Origin: Patescibacteria group bacterium
GTDB lineage: Bacteria > Patescibacteriota > Saccharimonadia > CAILAD01 > BJGX01
Assembly (NCBI GenBank): GCA_026397045.1
Contig: JAPLVO010000009.1
Location: 1,548 to 65,547, forward strand
DNA length: 64,000 nt
Direction of reading: 5' to 3'
Made by a program: the position numbers and the translations under genes. The notes beneath the pieces are model-generated. The model was given only the letters and a program-made list of their open reading frames with translations, was not told the DNA's origin and ran no database searches. Of this stretch, positions 40,707 through 49,602 are shown piece after piece (the stretch's first letter is position 1; each line of letters starts with the position of its first letter).

Positions 40707-41549
40707 CTACATGTCTAGAAAGTGCGTGAATGCTCCCTGCTTGGTCATGTGTACTTGCTTCAATTCTTTAAGTGCCGATGGCTCCAGGGTTACTTCCAAA
40801 GCATCCTTAATCTGTTGCCAGTGTTCCGCGGTACTTGCTCGTGTAGTGAAAGAAATACCTTCGTAGCTATTTAGGTAGGCAATTAAAACTTGGTGGGGAG
40901 TTAGCTTTGTAGCCATGGCAATCTCTTGGAGCAGCCTGTAGCTGTCTTGCTCTTCCTTGATATTTACAAGCGGTCGATATGCTTGAATTGGTACTTTGTG
41001 CTTTAAGCAAAAATCATAGACACCAGTAGTCAGGATATCGCTATCATTTATGGAGAAGCTGAGCTGATTTAGTGCAATTGGAATATCAGAATTATCGATG
41101 GCTATTTGCAGGGATTTGACTCCAAAGTTACTTACGCCCACCTGCTTAATCAAGCCATCTTTATATAGTTGATTGCTTGCTTTAAAAAAGTCAGCTAGTT
41201 CAAAATCAGGATTCGGTGCGTGGCAGACAAAGTAATCAAGGTATTCAACGCCAAGTCGCCCGAGGCTATCGTGGCAGCCTTCAATAACCTCGTCATACGA
41301 TAGCTTGAGTCTGTTCTGCTTGGTTAGTATTTGAATACTCTCTCTTGGTAAGTCTGCTATAGCTTGGCCAACGAGTTCTTCGCACTTTCCACCTGCATAG
41401 TTTTGGGCCGTATCAATAAGCGAAACACCTGACTCTATAGCTGTTTTGATGACCCTTATGTCGCCTGCATCGTCGTTGTTTGGGTCAGGGTCTTTCGTTC
41501 CACCCATTAGCCAAGTCCCGAGTGCAAGTTTAGGAAGTTGTGATTGCAT
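40707..41549 (-). CDS. Aldo/keto reductase
   Basis: LALGTW, IDTAQNY, SL.RLG..YLD...H.P and GVSNF motifs. Confidence 0.92.
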   Translation of the reverse strand: MQSQLPKLALGTWLMGGTKDPDPNNDDAGDIRVIKTAIESGVSLIDTAQNYAGGKCEELVGQAIADLPRESIQILTKQNRLKLSYDEVIEGCHDSLGRLGVEYLDYFVCHAPNPDFELADFFKASNQLYKDGLIKQVGVSNFGVKSLQIAIDNSDIPIALNQLSFSINDSDILTTGVYDFCLKHKVPIQAYRPLVNIKEEQDSYRLLQEIAMATKLTPHQVLIAYLNSYEGISFTTRASTAEHWQQIKDALEVTLEPSALKELKQVHMTKQGAFTHFLDM

Positions 41550-41644
41550 GTCCTGAGTATACCAAACACCAACCAGAACTTAAAACCAATAACACCTTAG
41601 AACTTAAGTAAAAAACCCCTGCTATCTCTAACAGAGGCTGCTTA

Positions 41645-41660
41645 TGGTAGCGGGAAGAGA
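41645..41660 (-). repeat. Displaced copy of the tRNA-Leu 3' end (att-like)
   Basis: tggtagcgggaagag matches tggtaccgggaagag at 41804-41818 in 14 of 15 positions. Confidence 0.7.
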
Positions 41661-41764
41661 GTAGCGGGCTAGCAATCTTCTAACTGTGTTGCTCGACCAA
41701 AATCTAAGCAAGCTTAATTCTGGTGCTGCGCTCCTCGTTCAACGAACCTTAGGTTTCTCATCCA

Positions 41765-41808
41765 TACCAAAGTAAAAACCCTGATTTCTCAGGGTTTTTA
41801 CTTTGGTA
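41765..41808 (-). terminator. Perfect 20-bp hairpin overlapping the tRNA-Leu CCA end
   Basis: taccaaagtaaaaaccctga-tttc-tcagggtttttactttggta. Confidence 0.8.
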
Positions 41809-41890
41809 CCGGGAAGAGGACTCGAACCTCCACGGGTGTTACCCCACCAGTTCCTAAGACTGGCGTGTCTACCAATTCCACCATCCCGGC
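41804..41890 (-). tRNA. tRNA-Leu(TAG)
   Basis: Anticodon arm CCAGT-CTTAGGA-ACTGG; long variable arm; TTCGAGT; encoded CCA. Confidence 0.95.
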
Positions 41891-42424
41891 TTACTGTTTT
41901 TGTAAATATGTTATTTTGGTGTCACCATACAGCTTTTGAGCCAATTGGAAGTACTCATTAGGTATGTCGTATTTTACTTTGCTTGATGTACTTATCACCA
42001 AAATGCCGCCTAATTGTACCAGATTTGATATGCCTTTGACCAGAGCAATATCAAACTCTATGTATGGTGGGTCAAAAAAGACTACATCGTATACCTCTTT
42101 GCAATTCGAAGCGAAACTTCTTACTGATTTTTTGACTATAATCGTACGGGATTCTACTCCAAGAGACTTAGCATTGCGATGGAGTACTTTGAAAACTCGC
42201 AAGGAATGGTCTACGAAGGTTGCTTCGCTGGCCCCTAAGCTTAAAGCCTCAAAACCTAGGGTGCCGCCACCAGCAAATAAATCTAAGACTTTGCAGTCTG
42301 TCACCTCGATAGAGTTAAATATCGCCGATCTAACTTTCCCAGTCACTGCCCTTGTCACTCCTTGAGGCGGTAACTCGATAGATCTGCTCTGAAACTCCCC
42401 AGAGCTAATCTTTGCTTGTATCAT
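41891..42424 (-). CDS. rsmD: RsmD-family rRNA methyltransferase
   Basis: VLDLFAG.G.LG.EALS.GA, DPPY and YGDT motifs. Confidence 0.9.
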   Translation of the reverse strand: MIQAKISSGEFQSRSIELPPQGVTRAVTGKVRSAIFNSIEVTDCKVLDLFAGGGTLGFEALSLGASEATFVDHSLRVFKVLHRNAKSLGVESRTIIVKKSVRSFASNCKEVYDVVFFDPPYIEFDIALVKGISNLVQLGGILVISTSSKVKYDIPNEYFQLAQKLYGDTKITYLQKQ

Positions 42425-43154
42425 TCGCCTCTAAATAGGCTGCTAGCCAGGCTGCAGCGATAAGCTGTGGGATACGAACTACCAATGTAGCCTTGATAGT
42501 CTTTGCCAGCTTGGCACTCCAACCCTTTTGCAGGTACTGATCATATATATTGTGCTTTGAGATCGATAAACTCTCATGAAGTACGACCGACTTAATGCCT
42601 TCTTTTTTAATACTTCTTAGGAGGGCTTGGTCGAAACTAACTTTAATGGGGGTAAAGAATATGGCGCTACTGATACCCGCCTCAAATGCCACATGGCTAC
42701 TTAGTAGGCCCTTATGCCCATACACCTTCCAGCGTCGACGATATTTCTTCCCCTCATACTCTTCTAGTATAAATTTATGGCTGAGGTGGTGCGCTGGCGT
42801 CAAGCTGTCGGTCAGATAATGAGCCATAAACCCAGCCTCAAAAGAAGCCTTTGCCATATCCCCCTTCTTTAAAGCATCAACCAAATTACGATAGTTAATC
42901 TCTATCCAATCCGGCAGGTGCCCTATTTTGTTAACAGGGTCCCAGAGATGGTCTGTTTTGTACTTGCCTTTAAATTTAAGGCCATCAGGACCACCAGAAC
43001 CTTCAAATTTAAGCAGTAACGATCTTGGAGGAAATTTATCGGGATCCAGCTTGCCCTTAATAAGGCTATAAGCAGTACGATCGAACTTCTGATGCGTGCC
43101 GATAGAATTAAGCATCTTGCCTCTAGTGAGATGACTAAAAAAACCTGAGTTCAT
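42405..43154 (-). CDS. Hypothetical protein, Zn-dependent phospholipase C/P1 nuclease-like
   Basis: Spacing of TH, PDG, H..DP, HYLTDSLTPAH and SH..FE resembles the PLC/P1 metal ligands. Confidence 0.55.
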   Translation of the reverse strand: MNSGFFSHLTRGKMLNSIGTHQKFDRTAYSLIKGKLDPDKFPPRSLLLKFEGSGGPDGLKFKGKYKTDHLWDPVNKIGHLPDWIEINYRNLVDALKKGDMAKASFEAGFMAHYLTDSLTPAHHLSHKFILEEYEGKKYRRRWKVYGHKGLLSSHVAFEAGISSAIFFTPIKVSFDQALLRSIKKEGIKSVVLHESLSISKHNIYDQYLQKGWSAKLAKTIKATLVVRIPQLIAAAWLAAYLEANDTSKD

Positions 43155-43271
43155 TTGATAAGACTTCCTTCCAGGACAATAGTCATGATGACTGGTAAGT
43201 TATTTTGTAGCATATATTTACGAGTGTCCCTTGTTTAGCAATTCTTTTGGAGAATTAGGCCCTAAGCTCAA

Positions 43272-45305
43272 CTAGTCGAGTGAGGTTATGCTCTTTAATC
43301 TATTAATCTTCTCGCCAAGTTGGGGGTATTTTAACAGATTATGCTTACTTATAAAAGCCTGGGCCGAAGACTTGACCTCCGAAACCAGATCTAGGTCGAA
43401 TATGTCAGCCATCCTGAGGTCCAGAAGTCCATGCTGGGCAGTACCATATATTTCTCCTGGACCTCGAGACTCTAGATCTATCTGGGCTAACCTGAACCCA
43501 TCGCTAGTTTTTTCTAGCGCTTTTAGGCGCTTAATGGCATTAGGGCTCTCGGAAGATGTAAATAGATAGCAATGAGACTGCTGCTGACCCCGGCCTACTC
43601 GCCCCCTGAGTTGATGAAGAGCTGCCAGACCAAATCTTTCTGCCCCTTCTATTAGCATTATAGTTGCGTTGGGCACATCGACACCAACCTCAATAACAGA
43701 TGTGGCTACCAACATGTCTAGCTTGCCGGCTTTGAATTGATCCATAATAGCTACCTTTTCGCCTGACTTCAGCTTGCCGTGCACCAAGCCGATTCGTCGG
43801 TGCCTGAATACAGTATTCTGAAGCGTCCGGAACTCACCTTCGACGCTCTTTACCCCTAGTTTATCCGAGTCACTTACTAGCGGGCAAACAACATAAACTT
43901 GTTGGCCCTGGCCGATTAACGAATCGATATGCGCATAGACATGCACTCTGTCGATCTCCTTGACCAACTTTGTAGTTATTGGTTTTCTACCAGGAGGCAG
44001 CTGATCTATTATTGATACATCAAGATCGCCATAGACAACTAGTGCCAAGCTTCTGGGAATCGGTGTTGCTGTCATTGTTAGAACATGGGGCATATATTCC
44101 GCCTTAGCTTTAAGAGTGGTGCGCTGATTTACCCCGAAGCGATGTTGCTCATCTACTACAACCAGGCCCAAGTTCTTATACTCTACATCCTTACCGATCA
44201 ATGAATGCGTTCCAATAACGCAGTCGACTTCACCTGAACTAATCTTGCTTAGTACCTCATTGCGCTGTGATTTATTCATGTCTGATATTAATAAACCAAC
44301 CTTTACCCCCAGCCTGGAAAGGAGTTTTTCAGCGCTCTGGAAGTGCTGACGGGCCAATATCTCTGTAGGGACCATTATCGCAGCCTGGTAGCCAGCCTTA
44401 ATAGTCATAACTGAGGCCATCAGGGCAACTAAAGTTTTGCCACTTCCGACATCACCTTCGAGCAGTCTATTCATGGGTTTTTGGAGGCTGATATCTTTTA
44501 GGATAGTATGTGCCGACTTCTTTTGGGCATTGGTCAATTCGAAGTCTAAAAGTCCGACGAACTGCCTAGCGACCTCAGTACTATAATTTATCTTAACCGC
44601 CGGTGATGTCTTGATATTATTTTTAATAATTAATCCAGTTAGGACCAATTCAAAAATTTCCTCAAAGCTGATTCGTCTTTTGGCAATCTTTAATGCCTGC
44701 TCGTTAGGCGCTAAATGTAGTAACCGTATAGCCTCAGATATGGGTATAAGCTGGTGCTGGCTAATAATTGGGGCTGGCAATACATCCTTCAGCTCACTTG
44801 CTGATTCAAGACACTGAAGCATTAGCTTTCTTATTATTCCTGAATTAAGCTGTTTAGTCTCTGGATAAATAGGGACGATGTCTTCTCGGCCTGCGTTGAT
44901 GGGGCCAGCCTCGAAGGTTGGGGACTGAAGACTAATGTAGCCGTTCTTGTACTCATAGTTCCCTCTAAACCTATGGACACTATTAGGCTTGAGGGCCTGG
45001 CCAATATAGGGCTGGTTAAACCAAATCGCCTTAACTGTCCCAGTATCGTCGCTTAATATAGCTTCCGTAATCGATAATCTGCTATGGCGCTGACTGCGCC
45101 TCATTGCGACCTTTTCAACACTAGCCTCAAAGCTGACCAGCCCTGGCCTGATGTTTTTAATCTTATCCACAGCCTGATAAGAATCCCACTTCCTAGGGTA
45201 GTAGTTCAGTAGATCCTTCACAGTATTTAAGCCGGCCGCCCGAAGGGCAGCTTCCAGTACTGGCCCAACCCCCTTGAGCCTTGTTAGCGAACTATCTAAT
45301 GTCAT
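43272..45305 (-). CDS. recG: ATP-dependent DNA helicase RecG
   Basis: GDVGSGKT, DEQHRFG, MTATPIPR and LHQLRGRVGR motifs. Confidence 0.96.
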   Translation of the reverse strand: MTLDSSLTRLKGVGPVLEAALRAAGLNTVKDLLNYYPRKWDSYQAVDKIKNIRPGLVSFEASVEKVAMRRSQRHSRLSITEAILSDDTGTVKAIWFNQPYIGQALKPNSVHRFRGNYEYKNGYISLQSPTFEAGPINAGREDIVPIYPETKQLNSGIIRKLMLQCLESASELKDVLPAPIISQHQLIPISEAIRLLHLAPNEQALKIAKRRISFEEIFELVLTGLIIKNNIKTSPAVKINYSTEVARQFVGLLDFELTNAQKKSAHTILKDISLQKPMNRLLEGDVGSGKTLVALMASVMTIKAGYQAAIMVPTEILARQHFQSAEKLLSRLGVKVGLLISDMNKSQRNEVLSKISSGEVDCVIGTHSLIGKDVEYKNLGLVVVDEQHRFGVNQRTTLKAKAEYMPHVLTMTATPIPRSLALVVYGDLDVSIIDQLPPGRKPITTKLVKEIDRVHVYAHIDSLIGQGQQVYVVCPLVSDSDKLGVKSVEGEFRTLQNTVFRHRRIGLVHGKLKSGEKVAIMDQFKAGKLDMLVATSVIEVGVDVPNATIMLIEGAERFGLAALHQLRGRVGRGQQQSHCYLFTSSESPNAIKRLKALEKTSDGFRLAQIDLESRGPGEIYGTAQHGLLDLRMADIFDLDLVSEVKSSAQAFISKHNLLKYPQLGEKINRLKSITSLD

Positions 45306-45339
45306 AGATTATATTCTAGCATGAAGAAAAAACGATAAA

Positions 45340-46518
45340 CTACTTCTTTATCTTGATATTAGCATACCTGCGTTTACCGAACTGCACCGTGCAGTCAGAC
45401 TTGATGGTTATCTCCAAATCCTTAACCTGAAGGCTATCGAGCTTAATACCCCCCTGCATAATTACTCGCCGAGCTTCCGACTTACTGACCTTGAAAGCCT
45501 TAGCGATAACATCCAGGATGGGTGCCTCTGAGGTAGAGTATGTTGGTATAGCCTGGGGCTTATCCCCATCCCTGAACTGCGAGTTCCAGCTCTTTTCGGC
45601 ACTCAAGGCTGAATTTCTGCCATTGTATCTTGCGACAATCTCACGGGCCAGACTGGCTTTAGTGTCTCTAGGGTTAGCCCCTAACGACATGTCCTTCTCG
45701 ATTTGGGTAATTATATCCATGGGGAGATCAGTTGCCATCTTGAAATACACCGGGATAAGTTCATCGCGGATTGACATTACTTTGCCATACATATCTAGTG
45801 GATCATCATCTATATATATGCAATTACCCCACGAGGTGCTCATTTTGCGCCCGTCCATACCTTCTAGGATATGAAATGTCATGACGCTTTGCGGATCTAG
45901 CCCATATGCTTTTTGGACTGTCCGCCCAGCTAGCATATTAAAAAGCTGGTCGGTGCCCCCAACTTCTAGATCAGTGCGCATTTCCACGCTATCGTAGCCC
46001 TGGAGCAGGGCATACAAAGTTTCGTGCAGACCAACAGGCTTATTAGACTTGATGCGTTTTGCGAAATTCTCACGCTCGGTCATCTGCTGGATGGTAAACA
46101 AGCTAGTAAGCTTGAAAAACTCCTCTAAGTGCATCTTATTGAACCAATCCCCATTCTGGAACACTTCAACCTTGTCCATATCAAGTATCTTAGACAACTG
46201 GGCGTGGTATGATTTGAAGTTGTTCGTCACCTCCTCATTGGTGAGCATCTTTCGCTCAGATTCCTTATCGGAAGTATCGCCAATTTGGGCTGTAAAAGTA
46301 CCTGCCACAAAAGTTATTATATGGCCTAATTCCTGGAATTGTCTGAGCTTCCAAAGTGGAACGGCGCGACCAATATGAATACGGCTGCCAGTAGGGTCTA
46401 TGCCTAGCTTAATTCTTAGTTTAGTTTTTGATTTAAGTTTTTTTTCGAGCTCACTGCGTACGATCAGGTCTTCAACATTTCGAGTTAGTAAATCGTTTAT
46501 TATGTCTTTAGATTTCAT
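45340..46518 (-). CDS. tyrS: Tyrosine--tRNA ligase
   Basis: GIDPT...HIGR, Y.LLQGYD, GGTDQLFN, KMSTS and an S4-like C-terminus. Confidence 0.95.
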   Translation of the reverse strand: MKSKDIINDLLTRNVEDLIVRSELEKKLKSKTKLRIKLGIDPTGSRIHIGRAVPLWKLRQFQELGHIITFVAGTFTAQIGDTSDKESERKMLTNEEVTNNFKSYHAQLSKILDMDKVEVFQNGDWFNKMHLEEFFKLTSLFTIQQMTERENFAKRIKSNKPVGLHETLYALLQGYDSVEMRTDLEVGGTDQLFNMLAGRTVQKAYGLDPQSVMTFHILEGMDGRKMSTSWGNCIYIDDDPLDMYGKVMSIRDELIPVYFKMATDLPMDIITQIEKDMSLGANPRDTKASLAREIVARYNGRNSALSAEKSWNSQFRDGDKPQAIPTYSTSEAPILDVIAKAFKVSKSEARRVIMQGGIKLDSLQVKDLEITIKSDCTVQFGKRRYANIKIKK

Positions 46519-46561
46519 ATTATTCCTTGAATATTAATTAATAAAAAATAATTTGCGGGCT

Positions 46562-46621
46562 CTAAGCGGTAGAGCCATTTGAATAATATGAGTGTAGGTT
46601 ACTAAATAGTATGGTTTGCAT
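46562..46621 (-). CDS. Putative tyrS leader peptide MQTILFSNLHSYYSNGSTA
   Basis: 19-codon uORF 9 nt after TGGTATAAT; its tandem TAT-TAT codons lie in an 11-bp stem with the tyrS start. Confidence 0.65.
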   Translation of the reverse strand: MQTILFSNLHSYYSNGSTA

Positions 46622-46712
46622 ATCTGTCACATTATACCAATAATAGCGTTTTAATGTAATGATGATTAAGACCAATTATTATTTAACTCGTGGTATAATT
46701 TAAGTTAAGTTT

Positions 46713-49571
46713 ATGGCTAAAAAACGCGCTAGTAAAATACCCCCTAACACACCTAGAAGGATCGTAAAACACTCCAAGAAGAGTCGATCTGTAAAGCCCG
46801 GTGCAAGCAAACTTGCCTTGGCCAAGCCTAAAGGCTGGGCCAAATTTCACTATAAAAACATTTTTCGTACAATAACCAGTAAAAAAGCCCTTAAGATTTA
46901 TGGCGTGACCCTAGCCTTAATAATATTGGCTATAGCCGGGCTTTTTTTGTGGTTTGCTAAAGACCTGCCAAGCCCTAATAAAATTAACTCCCGAGTCAGT
47001 GCCCAAACTACCAAAATATACGATCGCACTGGCGAGAATCTACTCATTGAAGTTTATGGTGACAAAAACCGCAGTATAGTAGAGTTCGACCAAATGCCAA
47101 AGTGTATCAAGGATGCCACTGTAGCTCTAGAAGACAAAGACTTTTACAAGCAGGGCGCATTTAGCCCAAAGGGAGTTGTTAGGGCCTTTTCTGGAGTAGT
47201 CTTTAAGGATCCCTCTAAGGGGGGTGGTTCTACCATCACCCAGCAATATGTTAAAAATGCCCTGCTAACAAATGAGCGGACTTTTGAGCGTAAAATCAAA
47301 GAATTGATTTTATCTATCCAGATGGAGCAGCTGTACAAAAAAGACGATATTCTAAAACTTTATCTTAATGAGATACCTTATGGCTCAACTGCATATGGTG
47401 TACAGGCCGCTTCTAAGCAATACTTTGGCATCGATGCCAAGGATTTAAGCCTTTCCCAATGTGCCACCCTTGCAAGCCTACCTCAGGCCCCGACATACTA
47501 TTCGCCCTATGGCCAAAATAAAGCCCAGTTGTTAATTAAAAAAGACCGCGTGCTTGACCTTATGGTAGAGCAAGGCTATATCAAGTCCGATGAAGCCAAT
47601 ACAGCCAAAGAAGTAGATATACTCGCTCAGCTTAAACCTTACAACCCCTACGCCAATGTTAAGGCTCCTCAATTTATACAGTATGCACGAGAGAAGCTAG
47701 AGGAAAAATATGGCATCAAGAGAGTAAATGAAGGTGGATTAAAGGTAATATCTACCATCGACCTAGAAAAACAAACTGTTGCCGAGGATGTATTAAAGAA
47801 AAATATAGGTTCGGTCAGAAGCTTCGGTGGGAGCAATTCGGCGCTTGTATCGGCTGATCCTAGAACTGGCCAAGTGCTATCCATGGTCGGAAGCTACGAT
47901 ACTAATGATCCAGACTTTGGCAGTTTCAATGTAGCCACAGCACTAAGGCAGCCTGGGTCGTCTATTAAGCCGCTGGTGTATGCTAACATGTTCAAAAAGA
48001 ATTGGGGTGCAGGCAGCACGATGTATGATGTTAAAACTAATTTCGGTGGGAGCCCTGCCTATGAGCCTAAGAATTACACCAACCGCTTCTACGGAGTGCA
48101 ATCGGCCAGGGTTGCCCTTGCCAGCTCCCTGAATATCCCCGCCGTAAAAGCCCTCTATATTGGCGGTATCCCGGAGTTCATATCAACCGCAAAGGACCTG
48201 GGTATTACAACCTATAACCGCTCAGCGGAAGAATACGGACTTAGTATGGCTCTTGGAGCAGGAGAAGTTCGCATGGTCGATATGGTAAACGCTTTCTCGG
48301 CCTTCCCAACTAACGGCGAACACCGCGAGCCGGTGTACTGGACTAAGATTACCGATGGCTCAGGCAAGGTTTTAGAAGACAATACTAAAGAAGATAGCAA
48401 TAAGCCCAAGCAAGCAATCGACCCGCAAATTGCATATGAGATTAGCAGTATAATGTCCGATAACGCAGCCCGTTGCGTGCTGGGTGTGTTCGGTTGCAAT
48501 AATCCCCTTACCCTCCCTGGAAAAACTGTTGCTGCAAAAACTGGTACATCGGAAGACTACCGAGACGCCTGGACAGTAGGCTTTACTAAACGAGTGGCCA
48601 CGGTTGTATGGGCCGGGAATAATGATAATAGCCCAATGTCCCAGTCGGCTAGTATAGTCTCTGCTCCTATCTGGAACCAGTATATGAAGGAAGTTACGAA
48701 AAATGACCCAGATGAACAATTTGATAAACCAGCTGGGATCAAACAAGAAACCATTGACGCCAACACTGGCAAATCGCTCATCCAGGGTTCTAAGCCACGA
48801 ACTGACATATTCCCGAATTGGTATAAAATCGAACAGGCCAAAGACTCGCAAAAGGCCACTATAGATATAGTTTCTGGTAAACTAGCTACCGATTGCACGC
48901 CTGCGGCTGCTAAAAAAGATATCATTGGCTCGCTTATCACAGCAGAGATCTCTCCGAGCGACCCTTCCTATTCGCGATGGAACCCACCAGTCCAAGCCCT
49001 GGCCAGGACCCTAGGATACTCGCAGGGCGGTAGTATCCCATCCGATAAGGATGATGTGCACTCCTGTGATGACCCTGTGCCAATAGCCGCATTATCCGTA
49101 AGCCCAAATAGTGGCAGTACTTTTACAGTTACTGCCAATACAACAGCGGGCAAATTCCCAGTCAGTAGAGTGATATTCTACATGGACGGTAATCAGATAG
49201 ACTCCAAATCTGGTGGCGGCCCCGGGTTTGCTACTACCATAACCCCATCTTCTGGAAGCCACACTTTTAGTGCCGTGGTAACTGACGAGGGGCTATACTC
49301 TGGCACTAGCAATACCGTTACCGTCAGCGCTACAGGAGCTGGTGGTGCCAATCTTAGTTGCTCGGCTAGTAACTGCATATTTACTCTGACAGCAAGCGAC
49401 CCACCTAACTCCCAGCTCTATGTTGGCGGTGTAGCCTTTGGTAGTCCGAAGCCGGGTTCTCCAGTAAACTGGAATATCTCCCCTAGCTTATGGAATGGGG
49501 TATCTGGATCTAGCTCCAATGTAAAACTAGTTTATACAAATAGTGCTGGCACCAAGACAATCTACCCATAG
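46713..49571 (+). CDS. Class A penicillin-binding protein with C-terminal Ig-like extension
   Basis: TM anchor; transglycosylase motifs ED..F and GGSTITQQ; transpeptidase motifs SSIK, SLN and KTGT. Confidence 0.93.
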   Translation: MAKKRASKIPPNTPRRIVKHSKKSRSVKPGASKLALAKPKGWAKFHYKNIFRTITSKKALKIYGVTLALIILAIAGLFLWFAKDLPSPNKINSRVSAQTTKIYDRTGENLLIEVYGDKNRSIVEFDQMPKCIKDATVALEDKDFYKQGAFSPKGVVRAFSGVVFKDPSKGGGSTITQQYVKNALLTNERTFERKIKELILSIQMEQLYKKDDILKLYLNEIPYGSTAYGVQAASKQYFGIDAKDLSLSQCATLASLPQAPTYYSPYGQNKAQLLIKKDRVLDLMVEQGYIKSDEANTAKEVDILAQLKPYNPYANVKAPQFIQYAREKLEEKYGIKRVNEGGLKVISTIDLEKQTVAEDVLKKNIGSVRSFGGSNSALVSADPRTGQVLSMVGSYDTNDPDFGSFNVATALRQPGSSIKPLVYANMFKKNWGAGSTMYDVKTNFGGSPAYEPKNYTNRFYGVQSARVALASSLNIPAVKALYIGGIPEFISTAKDLGITTYNRSAEEYGLSMALGAGEVRMVDMVNAFSAFPTNGEHREPVYWTKITDGSGKVLEDNTKEDSNKPKQAIDPQIAYEISSIMSDNAARCVLGVFGCNNPLTLPGKTVAAKTGTSEDYRDAWTVGFTKRVATVVWAGNNDNSPMSQSASIVSAPIWNQYMKEVTKNDPDEQFDKPAGIKQETIDANTGKSLIQGSKPRTDIFPNWYKIEQAKDSQKATIDIVSGKLATDCTPAAAKKDIIGSLITAEISPSDPSYSRWNPPVQALARTLGYSQGGSIPSDKDDVHSCDDPVPIAALSVSPNSGSTFTVTANTTAGKFPVSRVIFYMDGNQIDSKSGGGPGFATTITPSSGSHTFSAVVTDEGLYSGTSNTVTVSATGAGGANLSCSASNCIFTLTASDPPNSQLYVGGVAFGSPKPGSPVNWNISPSLWNGVSGSSSNVKLVYTNSAGTKTIYP

Positions 49572-49602
49572 ATAAAACTATGCCCAGATGAACTGGAAAT
49601 AG

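Noticed and set aside
43155-43271. Small gene (such as rpmB) or ncRNA between recG and the PLC-like gene
   Set aside because: No credible ORF; only a short palindrome (agtcatgatgact) and promoter-like sequence.
46519-46630. T-box riboswitch upstream of tyrS
   Set aside because: The leader is only about 105 nt and has no UGGNACC T-box sequence.
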